A stretch of 60,500 nt of DNA, counting the filler, from Fonticula-like sp. SCN 57-25 (lineage: Eukaryota), in the NCBI GenBank assembly GCA_001724245.1. It is 10 parts of 10 records of this genome, joined end to end, with 100 filler letters (N's around TTAATTAATTAA, not from the genome) between each part and the next. Parts side by side here need not be neighbours in the genome. Positions count along the whole stretch, not along the records: positions 44,987 to 50,299 come from MEDX01000592.1; positions 50,400 to 60,500 come from MEDX01000593.1; 8 more parts are not named here. The stretch is one strand, 5' to 3'. A program made the translations under genes and the position numbers. Positions 45,926 through 58,666 of the stretch are shown one piece after another. The notes beneath the pieces are model-generated. The model had not been told where the DNA came from and searched no databases. It worked only from the letters and a program-made list of their open reading frames with translations. Position 1 is the stretch's first letter; every line of letters begins with the position of its first letter.

Positions 45926-48900
45926 TTATGCGGATGGAGGCTTGGCGAACGCGCTGGCGCGCGGGAAGCGGGGGCCAATGATGTCTGTGAGCTGCGCGAC
46001 GGCCGCTGGGTCCCGAACCTTGAAGCGCAGCAGCTCGACAGCGTCGATGGCCTGTTGCAGCGTCGCGTTGGCGAGTGCGCCCGGCGGCGTTTCAAGCAGT
46101 GTCGAAACAGCAGACATTGTGTATCCGCTTCCCAGCGCAGCGTACACTTGCGCCGCTATGCACAACAAACAGTGTCAGCATTGCACAGTCCAGTCACAAC
46201 AATAGAAAACTATCAAACAAAAGAAAACCATCAAACGCACCAGCGAGGCGGTGACCAAACGAGCTCTGGTTGTCGCTCAAAAAGATGCTGTTAAGCTCGC
46301 CGGTGGGCTTGCCGCCCGAAAGCGCGGCGACCTCGGCCTTGACGATGGGGGCCACGCGGGCGTCGGCAATGTCGGCGGTGGCGGCCTTGGCCAAAAACTC
46401 TGCGCGCGCGACGTGCAGGGCGGGGTCGGACTCGCCGAGCACGGCGGCCGCCTTGCGCAGCATGCGGATCGCGAGGAGGAAGCGGTCCTTGCGGGTGTAG
46501 GCGCGCGCGGCCATGACGAGAGCGCCGCCGTGGTTGGGCTGGCTGGCGAGCAGCGGCTTGATAAAGTGCTTGAGGGCGTCGCCCATCGGGTCCGTCGTCT
46601 CGATCGGGCCGTCCTCCTTGCGGGCAGCGGGCTTGGCGCCGTCGGCGCTCTTCTTGCTCTTGTCATCCTTTGAGAGGGCCGCATTCTTGGCAGCCTCCTC
46701 GGCGAGCTTCGCCTCGGCGCGGCGCTGCTTTGACAGCATCTTTTTGCGCTCCGATTCCGACAGGTGAGCTAAGGGCACGCGTTAGCACAGATGGCCGCAC
46801 GAGGGTAAAGCAGCGCACCAAACTCGTCACCGCCGGCCTTGCCTGCCGGCGCGTCATTAAGGGCCAAATAAGCCTATAAAGTGAGAGAGGCATCAGTATC
46901 ATTATCGGAAAAAAAGTCACAAAGCGCCGCACCTTGAAGGCGCCCTCGGTGGCCGAGACGAAAAAGTGGTGCTGGCGCAGGCGGTCCTCCATGCGAAGCA
47001 TGCTGCGCGTCACGCGTAAGTCATCTTTCTACATGTGGCCACGGAGCATGTACCGGACGTAGGCGCGGAGGGTCGACTTGCGGATGGCATACGTGTGGTA
47101 GTCAAACTGGTCGTCCCAAAAGTCCTCAAAGAACTGCGCGCCATGCATTAGCGGCTGACCAAATAGCTTCAAAGAGCGCACCTTTTGGACCTCGAGGAAC
47201 TTGCGCAGCGCGTGGCCGTACTTGCGCTGCCTGAGGGAGCTGTACGCGTGCTCGTTGGCGAACCACGAGCACTGCATCTCGGTGAGGTTGTTGACGGCGT
47301 CCGCGTCGGCCTAGCATCATTCTCGACGTGAGCACAACAATTTCTCGCAATTTATGTAGGTCGTACGCGAGTGAAGAGGCCAATGGTGTCCTCGGCGAGC
47401 TTCTGCTGGTCGTTGCGGAGCATGTACTTGGTGCAGATGGTGTTGATGAAGCGGTCCTGCAGGTCGAGCTCGCGCGCCGTGTTCATGCAGTCCATGGCGC
47501 CCTGCACATCACCGGCATGCTATCACCTTATAGTCAGTAAAAGCAGGAAAGTGGACAAAGAAATCGCACCTTGAGGATGCGGCCCTTGGCCATGTGGACC
47601 TCGACCAGTGTGGGCGTGTGGGCGATCGCCTCGTCTATAAGCTCGATGGCGTCCTCGGTGTGGCCGAGGATGTCCTCGTGGTAGGCGGAAAAGTAGAGCG
47701 CCCAGAGGAGGGCCGTCGGCGGCTCCTTCTCGCCCTCGGGCGTCGACGGAAAGCGCGAAGTCTCGCGGAGCCCCTTGACGAGGCGCGTCAACACGCCCTC
47801 AATGAGCTGCGCCTTGCCCTCGACGCGGTACAGCGCCTTTAGGTACGAGAAGAGCGTCGGACAGCCCTTGCGGAACCAGCTCACAAGCAGCGTCTCCAGG
47901 TAGCCCTCAAACTCGGCGCCTACGCGAACGAGTACGTGAGCAAAAGAGGAAAAAGCTGGGCAGCGCACCGGTGGTGATGTCGAGGAGCTTGCGGAGCGGA
48001 AAGTTGGAGCGCGGGTTCTTGGCGTGGAGCGCGGCGTACATCTCGGCGGGCGTGGCGTGCAGCGAGCACTTTTCGAGGCGCTCGTAGGTGGCGGCGTTCT
48101 CGGGGTTGAGCGCGAGCAGCTTCTCATACTGGGCGCGCGCCTCAGCCGGGCGCTGCAGCTTGAGGAGAACGTCGCCGCGCTGCTCGAGCAAAAACACATG
48201 GTCCCAGATGCTGTGCTGCACCTTGTCGAGGTCGTCCAGCGCCTCCTGGAAGCGGCCGGCATCGAGCAGAAGCTGGTTCTTGTACGCAAGGATCTCGCTC
48301 ACGTCAAAGTCAAAGGTAAGCTCCGGCGGGCTCGTCGCAAGGTACGCGTCGAGCACCTTGAGCGCAAGGTCATAGTTGCCCACAAGATCGTAACTCACAG
48401 CGAGGCCGACCCACGACATGCGCTGCTGAGGGCGGCTCGAGAGCATCGCGATGCGAGAGTCAACATAGCCATCGAGCGAGCGGATCTGGATCTGCAGCGA
48501 AGAAAGGTCACGCATGATCTGAAGATTGTCCTAGAGTAGCAGGCAGAGCGCGTTAGGCGCACGCAGCGGAGAGAGGGTGGGCATGCGTACAGTGTCGATG
48601 CGCAGCGCGCTGCGGTAGCACTTGCTCGCCTCCTCATAGTTCTTGTCCGAGCGGTAGATCAAACCAAGCACGTGCCAGCCTGCACCGCCGCTTAGTGTTA
48701 GCACACACTAAAGACGAGGAGCGAGCGCGCACAGATGTGGCTGCGGAGATCGCCGCGAAGACCCTTGCGCGCGAGATCGTAGGCCTCCTCCTTGCGGTTC
48801 AGGTGGTTGAGCGTCAAGCCCTTGAGCGAGAGCGTCTCTACAAACGACTAATAGTAAGACCCGCCGCTCCTTCACCATGTCTGCTCGCGCTAAAGCACCG

Positions 48901-49109
48901 TGGACGTACCGCCGTGGTTGGGGAACTTTTTCAGGATGAGCTCGGCGGTCTTGAGCGCCTTTTTGTACTGCCGCTGCTCTTGCAGGCGCTACGCATCCGT
49001 CAGCAAATCGCGCCCACGCACTAAAGAGATCTATGACACGCACCAGAATCTGCTTGAACAGGTTCTGCTCCTTGCCCTGCAGCGGCGTGTTGCTCGCCAC
49101 AGCGCTCAT
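45926..49109 (-). CDS. NAA15: NatA auxiliary subunit NAA15/Nat1
   Basis: [68 protein letters not shown]; many short introns. Confidence 0.95.
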
Positions 49110-49312
49110 CGCTGCCGACTTTCTCTGCCTCGGGTGACCGGAGCACGAGCAATCTGCGATTCCTGTCACAGACCTGTGGTCCGATGTGCACAACCCTGTG
49201 CACACGCGGGAACTGAACCGGTTTGCGCAGGGGTGGGTCATCGCTCGCAACATTGTTGCGTTCTCGCCGCGCGCGTGCCTCGCCTGCGACTTGCCCGCGC
49301 TCTACCGCCGTC

Positions 49313-50299
49313 ATGGGGGCCTGTTGCAGCAAGGGACGGTACCAGGGAGACGCGCTGCTTGCGCCGATCGAGCTGCCGTCGACGACCGCCGATGACATTG
49401 CGATCGACATTGACACGCCGGTGACCGAGCGTGCGGAGGCGCCCAGGGCCGCCGCCAAGATCGCTCCAGCACGCATCGTGCAGGATGAAAGCGATGAAGA
49501 GCCGCCGAGGCGGCAGCAGGCAGTTCGCCGTGACGACGACAGCGATGAGGAAGATGCCGCGTCGCGCCGTCGTCGTGCTGCTGCACGGCGCGCTCTTAGT
49601 GACGACGACGAGGAGGACGTCGTTGTGCCCGTGAGCAAGTCGAGGAGGAAGCGCAAGGTGTGCCGGCTGGAGGCGACGATTACGTACGATGCGTCGGCGC
49701 GCTCGCTCGTTGTGAAGGCCGGTCAAATCGTGGATCTTGCCGATCGGTCGTTTGGAATGCCCGATACGTACCTCAAGATCTACCTCGCCCCCGATGAGGA
49801 CCAGGTGACCAAGGTACGTTTGGTCTGCTGGCTTCTTTACGCGTTTTCTCATTTTGTGGGTTGCTTCAGCAAAAGAGCCGCGTGGTCCGCAAGAGCACCT
49901 CGCCCGACTTTGACGACGAGTTTGAGTACCGCGTCGCGCCGACGGCCCTGCCCAAAAAGTACCTCTTGATCCAGTTTTGCGTTGCCAACCAGGGCATCCG
50001 CAACGACGTCGTGGGAGACCTGGCGGTTTCCTTCCGCAGCTGCGCCAACCGCGGCAGCTTCCGGTGGTCCGACACGTTTGCCGTGACGCAGCCGGACGAG
50101 CTCGACGATCCCTTTACGCGCTCGCAGGACGACATTGACAGTACGTTGTCAGCGGTTTGCGCGGGTCTTACTAACGCGTTTCTGTAGACGGCGGCTCGGA
50201 AGGACCCGTCTTTGGCCCGGTGTCGGCCCCCGCGCCGGCAGTCGAGGTGGTGCCGCGCGCTGCCCCTGCGCCTGCCGCCGTGGCGCCGCCGCCTGCTCC
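49313..50299 (+). CDS. Acylated C2-domain protein (synaptotagmin-like C2); 3' truncated
   Basis: N-terminus MGACCSK (myristoylation/palmitoylation pattern); PDTYLKIYLAPD, KSRVVRKSTSPDFDDEFEY, NDVVGDL. Confidence 0.75.
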
Positions 50300-50399
50300 N
50301 NNNNNNNNNNNNNNNNNNNNNNNNNNNNNNNNNNNNNNNNNNNTTAATTAATTAANNNNNNNNNNNNNNNNNNNNNNNNNNNNNNNNNNNNNNNNNNNN

Positions 50400-51705
50400 C
50401 CAAAGCTGTTTCCGCCATTCAGCGAGGAGGACGCAGAGGGCGCAGAGCGTCCGGCCGCAACGTGCGCACTGTTTTTCGCACTATTAGCCTAGCTAACCGA
50501 ATGTTTGATCCATATCCAGGCCGAACCCTATGGGCTATGACAATTCTCTCTCGACGATGCTCGGCCAGCGCAATAGCGTGTTCCACCTGAGCGCGCGCCT
50601 CTCTTCCCTCTCCTGCTCTCTTCACGTATCGCGCGACACGTCACCTTATGACCTTCTCGCCGTCATGCAGAGCGCGCGGCGGATATGCGAAAGCTTCCGC
50701 CAAGCAATGACATTTGGATTTGCGTCCAGCGTTTGCCTCTGTTTCCTGCAGCTCTTTTCGCAGATTATGATCCTGCCGCCCATCTTTACCGGGTACCAGA
50801 TGCTCTGGTTCTCGTGTGTGCTGCTGCCGATCATGGTCTTTGCGATTGGGCTCGCGCCGACGCAGGACAACGTCATGCAGCAGATGCCAGGTGCGCATTG
50901 TTGGTTTTGTATGTCGTTGCTGACGCTTTTCTTTCCTTTATCGCTGCAGTCAAGAATAAGAATCATTTGGCCAATGAGCGCCAGATTGTGAGCCTTTTTG
51001 CGATGCGATTCCTTCCCGTCATCGTCATCGTCACCATTGTCTTTATCTTGTACGTCTATCTGTTTATGTTGCTATTGCTGACATGTCCGCTTAGCTCGTG
51101 GTACGGCTTCAGTCACGTCGCCGCGCCCAAGGAAGTGTTTTTGGGAATGCCGCCGCTGCAGTGGCGCACGCTCTCGCCCGACCAGCAGTGGGCGCTCCTG
51201 GCCGCGCAGAACGCCGCACTTTTTGTCTTTGTGTTTTTGATGAGTGCGCATTTGTCCTATTCCTTTCGCCGCCTTGCTGACGATGAGACAAAGTGCTTGT
51301 GTCGGGCACGTTCCTTTCGCGCCACGCGACGCTTATCGAGTACCCGCCGTTCAAGAATGTACCTTGGATTTGTGCCTCTGTCTTTTGGTACGCGCTCTCT
51401 TTACCGCCTGGCCTGCAATGCTTACTTTTTTGCGCTTGTTTCGCCTTGTTTTGCCTATCAGGATTGTCGCGCAGATTATCTTTTTCGCCGTGACACTCGG
51501 CCGCGGCTGGGCCGATGTTGGCCCGCTGGCGCCGCAGCTGTCGAGCATCCCCGCGTGGGTCTACGCCTTTGTCTTCACGACGTGGATCATTGTCGTGATC
51601 CTGCAAGAGTTTGCAAAGTCGGTCGAAAAGAAAGAGTTTCGCAAGTCGCAGCGGCGCTCCAAGCTCGTCTTCAACACAAAGCTCGGGATGCACTCGCCCG
51701 TATGA
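50400..51705 (+). CDS. TMEM94: TMEM94/KIAA0195-like P-type-ATPase-related membrane protein, C-terminal exons
   Basis: LSSLSCSL, LPPIFTGYQMLW, C-terminus QRRSKLVFNTKLGMHSP. Confidence 0.85.
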
Positions 51706-52037
51706 CCGCCGCAATATGCATTTTTTGATACCATTTATACCATTCTGTACTTGCATGATTGTTTATAATTATATATTAATCGTCCTGATGCGATGCACCC
51801 TGCCCTCGCCATGCCATTCATGGACAATCAATACAAAAGGTGACCAAGAAACCAACAAAAATACCAAGCACACGTTGCTAACCCAAAGAAAAAGCCCAAG
51901 AATCCCTCGCAGGACGACATATTATAATAAACAGTGTATGCGAATCATTGTTCCCGAACAGCATCCTCGCGACGCCCAATCACGGGCGCGCTGAGACAGC
52001 TACGCTTGCTTTCCCCTGCAACATGCAAAACTTTACC

Positions 52038-53771
52038 CTACTGCCGCTCGGGCTGCCGCACGCCGTGTACGCCGCCCTCCTCCTTGCGCGGCTGCAACAC
52101 CAGTCTGCGCGAACCACGTGTCAGCGAAAATGTCCACACTACTATATCAAGTGCGGCCACGTACGGCTGAGAGTCCTGGTCGGACATCATTTCCCCTTCC
52201 GTCGACGGCGGCGTCCCGCACAGGCTCAGCAGCCACTCGGGGTCGAGCCTGCGCACACGTGTCAGCCTTGCACATGCAACCAATCAAAAGAGGCGCACCG
52301 CGAAAGGTAGTTTTGCTGCGGCCCGACGACCATTCCCGGCCGGCAGACGCGCGAGTACCCGATGGACTCTGCGCACGTGAATTTGTAGTGCGCCATCATG
52401 TACGCGCAGATGAGCGTCCCCGTCCGGCCGAGGCCCGCCTTGCAGTGCACGGCGATGCCGCCGCCGGTAAAGTGCGTGCTGAAAGAAAGGAATTTTTGGA
52501 GGACGCGGTTCGACGGGTTGTGGCCGTCGGGGAAGATAAGGTCAAGGTGAAAGATCCCTGAAAAGCATGATTAGCAGGAAAGAAGGAGGGGGTAAAGAAA
52601 AGACACCAAAGATATACATGGCAGGCCAAAGTATGCCATTTTAATAAAGAAACAATAATCGACACAACCATAACGCAGTCGTACCGCTTCTCGTAAAGTC
52701 GGCCGCGTCGTATGCCGGTGCGTTGAGCCGCACGACCGCCCCGATACCCATCCGCTTAAAATGTGGGATATAGTATGCTACAATCCATTAGTTAGCACGC
52801 GCTTTGGTCGTCAGCAAGGGCGCAGGGTCGCACATGGTGGCAGCGCTGACGTCGGCCCCGCAAAAGCGAGGAATTTCCCCGGCACGATCCAGTTCCAGTC
52901 GCCGTTCTCGGGCTGCTCGTAGTGCTCGTACTCTTCAGGGTTAAAGTTCCTGAGGTCGATCCACCCAAGCCCCATCCCTCTATGAAAGCCCATCAGGACG
53001 TCCCGAACGCTCAAATTGTACGTCGAGATGGCCGCGCCGGCATCGCGGAACGGCACGAATGGGCCAATGTTGTGCTCGTCAAACATGGCAAGGATCTGGT
53101 CGGGCGATGCGCCGTGGTACGCGATCAGGTAGCAGCCAATCAGCGTCGCGGCATTGGCGCGCGCCTGCTCCGACGCCGACGCGAATATGCACGACACATA
53201 CCCGTGGTTACGCTGGCAGGCGGCACACGCAAAGTCAGTCAGCAATGACTTGAAAAAGCAAGCGAGTGCGCACCAGCGTCCGAAGAAGCTCGACAGAGTT
53301 GCAGAAACGAGCGAGCTGCGCCATATTGTACGGCCCAAAGTCTAAGCAAAAGCTCGCGTAGTAAAGATTGGCCTCGATGGGCCAGTACATGACACGGTCA
53401 TTGACGTGCGGCGTCCCGCTGGCGCGCGAAGAAACATAGTACAGGGAGCCTGCCAGAGCATGCAGTAAGCGATCCCGTCGCAAACACAGAGACAAAAGAC
53501 AAAAGCAATGCATACCTTCGACGATAGGGGCGGGCATGAGGTTCTGGAGCGAGTCCGGAAGCCTGCTGTTCTCGATCGGCGGCAAATGAGTTGATTTTGA
53601 CTGGAGAAGTTGAAGAAAGTCGTGGAATTCTTTGGGCGACTGTAGCCCGAGCGATGACGCCCGGACCGACGGGCCGTCCGGCGCCCCGCCAGTCCCTCGG
53701 CCGCTCTGTGATACAGGCACGCCTCGCGCCTCCGCATGTGACATTGTAGGCCTCAAGATTGCGACTTGCAT
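52038..53771 (-). CDS. CDC14: Cdc14 dual-specificity phosphatase
   Basis: DFGPYN, RANAA, PFRDAG, YEHYEQPENGDWNWIVPGKFLAFAGP, VVRLN, IAVHCKAGLGRTGTLI, RVCRPGMVVGPQQ. Confidence 0.95.
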
Positions 53772-54129
53772 GGCACTCGCCCGGGGTAATCTCCAAGCAG
53801 CAACGCACCGTTCGATTAACCGAAGGAACGTCGATGCAGTAGAAACAAAGGAGCGGCGGTTCTCTACCTAACACACGGGCTCTATTCTTGCACCGGAAAA
53901 CGCTCTTGCGCAAGTGCGGTGCTTTTAAAACAAGTCGCGTGGAGAACGAAGCGGATGCCTACGTGTGGCGCGGTCGTCCCAACGACCGTTATTTTGAGGC
54001 GGGAAACCAGCGATTCAAACAATGGATCGCGATTAAGTGGATCCAGATCGGTTTGCGTTCCATTGTTGCGTCTCCCCGCCGTCGGCCTTCACTTCGTCTC
54101 CGTGGCAGATTGGTATTTGCGGGGCTAAC

Positions 54130-55487
54130 ATGAACGGAGTAGCAGCGGGCGCCGCTTTTGTGGTGGCCGCGGCTGCAGCGGCTGCGGTGAGCGAGAGCGG
54201 CAAGTCTGTTGAGGCTGTTATTGATATGGTGGCGGATCACCCCCAGTCGCACCCGTCGGCGTACCGGGCTGCCCCGCCTCCGACGGTAAGGGAGGCCCCG
54301 GCACCTGCGGAGGCACCGGTGGCCGCGCCTGCGCAGGCGCCCGAAACGAGGAATCCCGACCCTTTTAACACGATGCGCGCAGCGTCGACTATGTGGGAAT
54401 ATTTTATTTCCACAACGGAGCACTTGCTGGACTCGGATTTTCGGTTGGTTACCCTGTGGGCCCGGAATCTGGCGCCATTCGTTGTTCTCGTGATTATTAT
54501 TGCGCTGCTGGACCACTCTCTTGGTGCGTTATGGGCCCGCTTGGCTGCCAACCTGCTTAATTTCTAATATTTTTGCTCGCTTTTGCAGAAGTGGCGACGG
54601 TTGCCTGGCTGGCGTACGCGATTTACCAAGGAGATTCGCTGGTGAAGGCGCAGTTCTCGCTTCGGGAAAGCTGCCAAGTCCGACCACTCGTCGTTGCTGT
54701 TGCGACATACGTGCTGCATATTTACAGCGCTTTTCGTATTTTCCCGCTGGCGCTTCTTGGCCCAGGGTACGCATCGCATCTCATGACGTCACCATTTGTT
54801 GTGGTTTTGCTGACATGGGGCGGGGTTCAGGCTGCTGTCGCCGCTCGCGCCGCAGGGCCTGCTTCAAGCGACGTGGTACTGCATGTTGATGGACCTTTTG
54901 CTGTGCGAAGCGACCATCGGCCTCAAGTGCCTCTTTGTTCTTGCCGCGCGCCCCTTCCCCTCCTTTGCCCACGGGGTACGTCCCTTTTCGCGCCAAAATG
55001 TTTGCCCCCGTGCTGACGCGCGCGCCCGTAGCGCAAGGTGCTCGGTGTGATTGAAGTTGTCTCGCACATTGTGCGCACGGTTGTCCCTATCCGCGTGTGG
55101 CTTCCGTTCCTCCTGTCACGCCGCGAGTTTTCGCAGCCGCTGCTCGTCATCCTCCTTCCGACGATCTACTGCGCGTACAAGGCGACCGAGATCCTGTTCA
55201 CGCTGCAGTCCCTCATTAAGCTCGCTGCCGCCGCGCGCCGTGTGGCTGTCGGCAGGAGCGCGTCGGAGGAGGACCTCGCGGGCCACGACGGCCAGTGCGC
55301 CGTCTGCCAGGACGCCCTCAAGCGGCCTGTCGTGCTCGTCTGCCGCCACATCTTTTGCGAGGACTGCATCAGCGAGTGGGCCGAGCGCCAGCACTCGTGC
55401 CCAATGTGCCGCATCGCCACCGCACATAACCACGGCGGCATCCCGTACGGCGACGGCGCCACCAGGACCGCGCCCCATGTGCTCTAG
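54130..55487 (+). CDS. RING finger and transmembrane domain protein (RNFT1/2-like)
   Basis: Several TM segments, RTVVPIRVW, C3HC4 CAVCQD...CRHIFCEDCISEW...CPMCR, YGDGAT. Confidence 0.8.
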
Positions 55488-55837
55488 GATTGTGTGTGCT
55501 CTAGGATTGTGTATACTTAGTTTTTGGATTTTCCTCGTCGCCCTTGGCCTCTAGTAGTCGGCCGACCCTGCATTGCAAGTTGCATCTCTAGTTATCGTTC
55601 ATCGTTCAGATTATGTTGTTTGGTCAGTCGCCCGTGCCCAGCCACTGCGCTTTATTGGCAATTGCCGTGTGGCATGGTGAGCGCGCCCAAGTTCCGTATG
55701 TTTGTTTGTACATTTGTTTGTACATGTTCTGAATTATTACATTGCACGCTATTCCGTTTGCTGGTGAGGCTAGTTTATTATGCGATGCAGTGAGAAATGC
55801 CCATAAGGTGACATGAAGCACCGGCAAAGAGTGCCGC

Positions 55838-56432
55838 TTACTTGATGGCGAGGAGCTCAACCTCAAAGATGAGGGTGGCGTTCGGGGGGATCTACGCAGC
55901 GTGGGTGAGCGGGCATGGCGCATACGAAAGAAGAGACGCACGAGGCCCGGGTAGCCCTGCTGGCCATAGGCATAGTCGCCGCTGATGGTGAGGCGGGCCT
56001 TCTCGCCGACGCTCATCTGAGGCACGGCCTCGTCCCAGCCTAAGGTAAAGAGTTAGTTGGGCAAGGAAACCGCAATGCACTCGGCGCACCGCGGATCACA
56101 CGGCCGACGCCGATGGCAGTCTCGAACGGCTTGTTGCGGTCGCGGGAAGAGTCAAACTTCTTGTTGCCGTTGGCGGCGTCAAGCTAAACAAGGCAAGCCG
56201 GTGTTAGATCGCAAAACAACACGAGCCCCTTCCTCGAGCGTCACGTACAGTGCCGACATCTAAGGGACAGCGTGTAAGTACGGTGCTGCCATCGCAAAAG
56301 ATAGAGAAACGAACAGTGCATGACAACGGTCTGGCCGGCCTTGGGGAAGGTCTTGCCGTCGCCGGCCTGGAGGACTTCGCGAGTAACACCCATTGCTGTC
56401 TTTGCGGTCTGCAGGAGGCGCGAACGAAACAT
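55838..56432 (-). CDS. FKBP1A: FKBP12 peptidyl-prolyl isomerase with in-frame upstream ATG (13-aa extension); includes an 11-nt micro-exon
   Basis: [31 protein letters not shown]...KKFDSSRDR...[29 protein letters not shown]...|[14 protein letters not shown]. Confidence 0.95.
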
Positions 56433-56575
56433 GGACGTCACAAAAGAACAAAAAAGAGAAAACAAAAAAACGCCCCATAAATCGTCGGTTACAAACCGAC
56501 ATCTCACTGCCCCTCAAGTGGTATAGGTCTGTTTGTGTGCTGACCAAGCCCCGAGCCGAGCCGAGCCGACCGTCC

Positions 56576-58428
56576 ATGGCGGAAAGCACGTCGGCATGGT
56601 GCGCGGGGGCGATGAACCCGCAGCCTCAGTCGTCCAAGGGCAGGTGGACTTATAGGTATCTGTCCGTGGCTGTCGGTTTGCTCATGTGCGCGACGAGCGG
56701 AACGCTGTATGCCTTTTCGACCTACGCGACGTCGCTTCAGGACCAGCTCGGGTATAGCAGCGTCGAGATCTCGGTGATCGTGGGTGTGGGTGATAATGGG
56801 CTTTACCTTGCCGGTGTTCCATTTGGCTTTCTAGTCGACAGATACGGCCCAAAGGTGCGCTCGCGCGTGGATTGATCCCGGCCCCATCTTACCTGTCCCG
56901 TGGGGATCGCATAGCCCACCGCGCTGATCTCCGCGGTGCTCCTGCTGCTTGGCTACACGCTTATGGCGCTGACGTACTCGGGCGCCCTGAGCAACTCGAG
57001 CTACATTCTCATGGCCGTCTACTTTTGCATGGCGGGCATTGGGTCTGCGGGGGTGCGCCCGCGCTCGTCGATCATCGATTACTGACCGCGCTGCAGTCTA
57101 ATGTGAGCGCGCTCACGACCAACATTCGGAACTTTGGCCCGCGCCACCGCGGCCTCCTTGTCGGCACGCTTGCCGCGTTCTTTGGCCTGTCGGCGATGCT
57201 CTACACGCAGATCCACAAGGCCTTCTTCGTTGAGGAGAACCCGGCCGACCCTGCGTGCGCCGCCCCCATTCCCGCGCCCGTTTCTGACACCCGCCGTGCT
57301 GCAGGAACCCCACGGTCGACACGTTCCGTTTCCTCCTTTTTATGGCGATCACGAGCGGCCTTTCGAGCGCGCTCGGCGTGGCGACGCTGGCCGTCGTGGG
57401 GGCCGAGCCGGACGTGGAGGCCGAGCAGGCAGTTTACCAGGACGAGGTGGGCAGTAGCAGCCTGCAGGATGAGCGCGATGAGAATGCGCCACTGCTCAAC
57501 CCGGACGTCGGCAAGCCGGTCGTACTCCCGCCGGAAATCAACTTTAACACGCGAAAGCTCATCAAAGTGCGCACTTTATACACGATTGTCACCGCTGCTG
57601 ATTGCTTGCGTACAGTCGCGCGACTTTTGGCTCATGTTTGTCATCCTCCTGTTTGGCTCGGGCGCCGGCCTCATGTATATCAACGGGTACGCCTTTTATT
57701 GATATGGCGCGCGTCTTGCTGACTGTCCTTGCAGCGTCGGTCGCATGGTGCAACTGCTGGCCGGGTCGGGCGAGGAGGAGCTGCACTACTCTGGCCTCCA
57801 CGTGTCGCTGCTCTCGGCGATGAGCGCCTCGGGCCGTATTCTCATTGGCCTGCTTTCCGACTACCTTCTCATGAAGCACCACGTGCGCCGGCGCACGCTG
57901 CTCGCCTACTGCATCGCCCTTATGGACGTCGGCATGGTGGTTGCGCTCCTCGTTACCGACATTGAGTGGCTCTGGATATGCACCGTGCTCGTCGGCCTCG
58001 CCTACGGAAGCATCTTTTCCATCTCGCCGACGCTCGTGTCGGAGCGGTTCGGAACGCCCAACTTTGGCATCAACTGGTGCGCTACGGTTTCGTTGTATAT
58101 TGCCGTGCTCACGTGGCTTGCGTGGCTATAGGGGATGGATGTGCTGGTCAGTGGCCATTGGCGGGCAGTGCATGACGCTCGTCTTTGGCGCCGTCGTCGA
58201 CGGCAATGGGGGCGACGAAGGCGCGCTGTGCCCCGACGGCAGCAAGTGCTACAGCACAGCATTCATCATCAACGTTGCCACGGTGCGCTCGCCTTGCTTG
58301 TCCGCTTTGCGTGCCTAACTGGCTTGCCGTAGACATCTCTGGCGCTCGGTCTCGCAATCATCTTTGGATTGCGCCGCCGCCTTATCGAGAGCGCGCGCGT
58401 CGCCGTTTCGCGCCCCGTCGCCCACTAA
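56576..58428 (+). CDS. MFS transporter, Mch1/nodulin-like (SLC16/OFA-related)
   Basis: GTLYAFSTYA, GFLVDRYGP, NFGPRHRG, AFFGLSA, SRDFWLMF, GRILIGLLSD, SERFGTPNFGINWG. Confidence 0.88.
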
Positions 58429-58666
58429 TAGTACTGATTAAATGGATAGTATGAGCCAACAAGCCCAATCAATTTTAGTATGCTTTGTGCCTTTGTGTAT
58501 TTAATTGTGTACCAAAGTCAAACAATGACCCTACTTTTGTAATGACCCCTTTCACATTTGATTTCTAAAACGTATATATAAAGGCTATTGGAACGAAACA
58601 TTGACTACAGATTGTCGACAGGAATATAAAACGTACAACAAGGTATAATGCAAACGAAACAGCATC

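Noticed and set aside
55478-55512. Short direct repeat TGTGCTCTAGGATTGTGT spanning the RNFT stop codon
   Set aside because: Two-copy local duplication with no evident consequence
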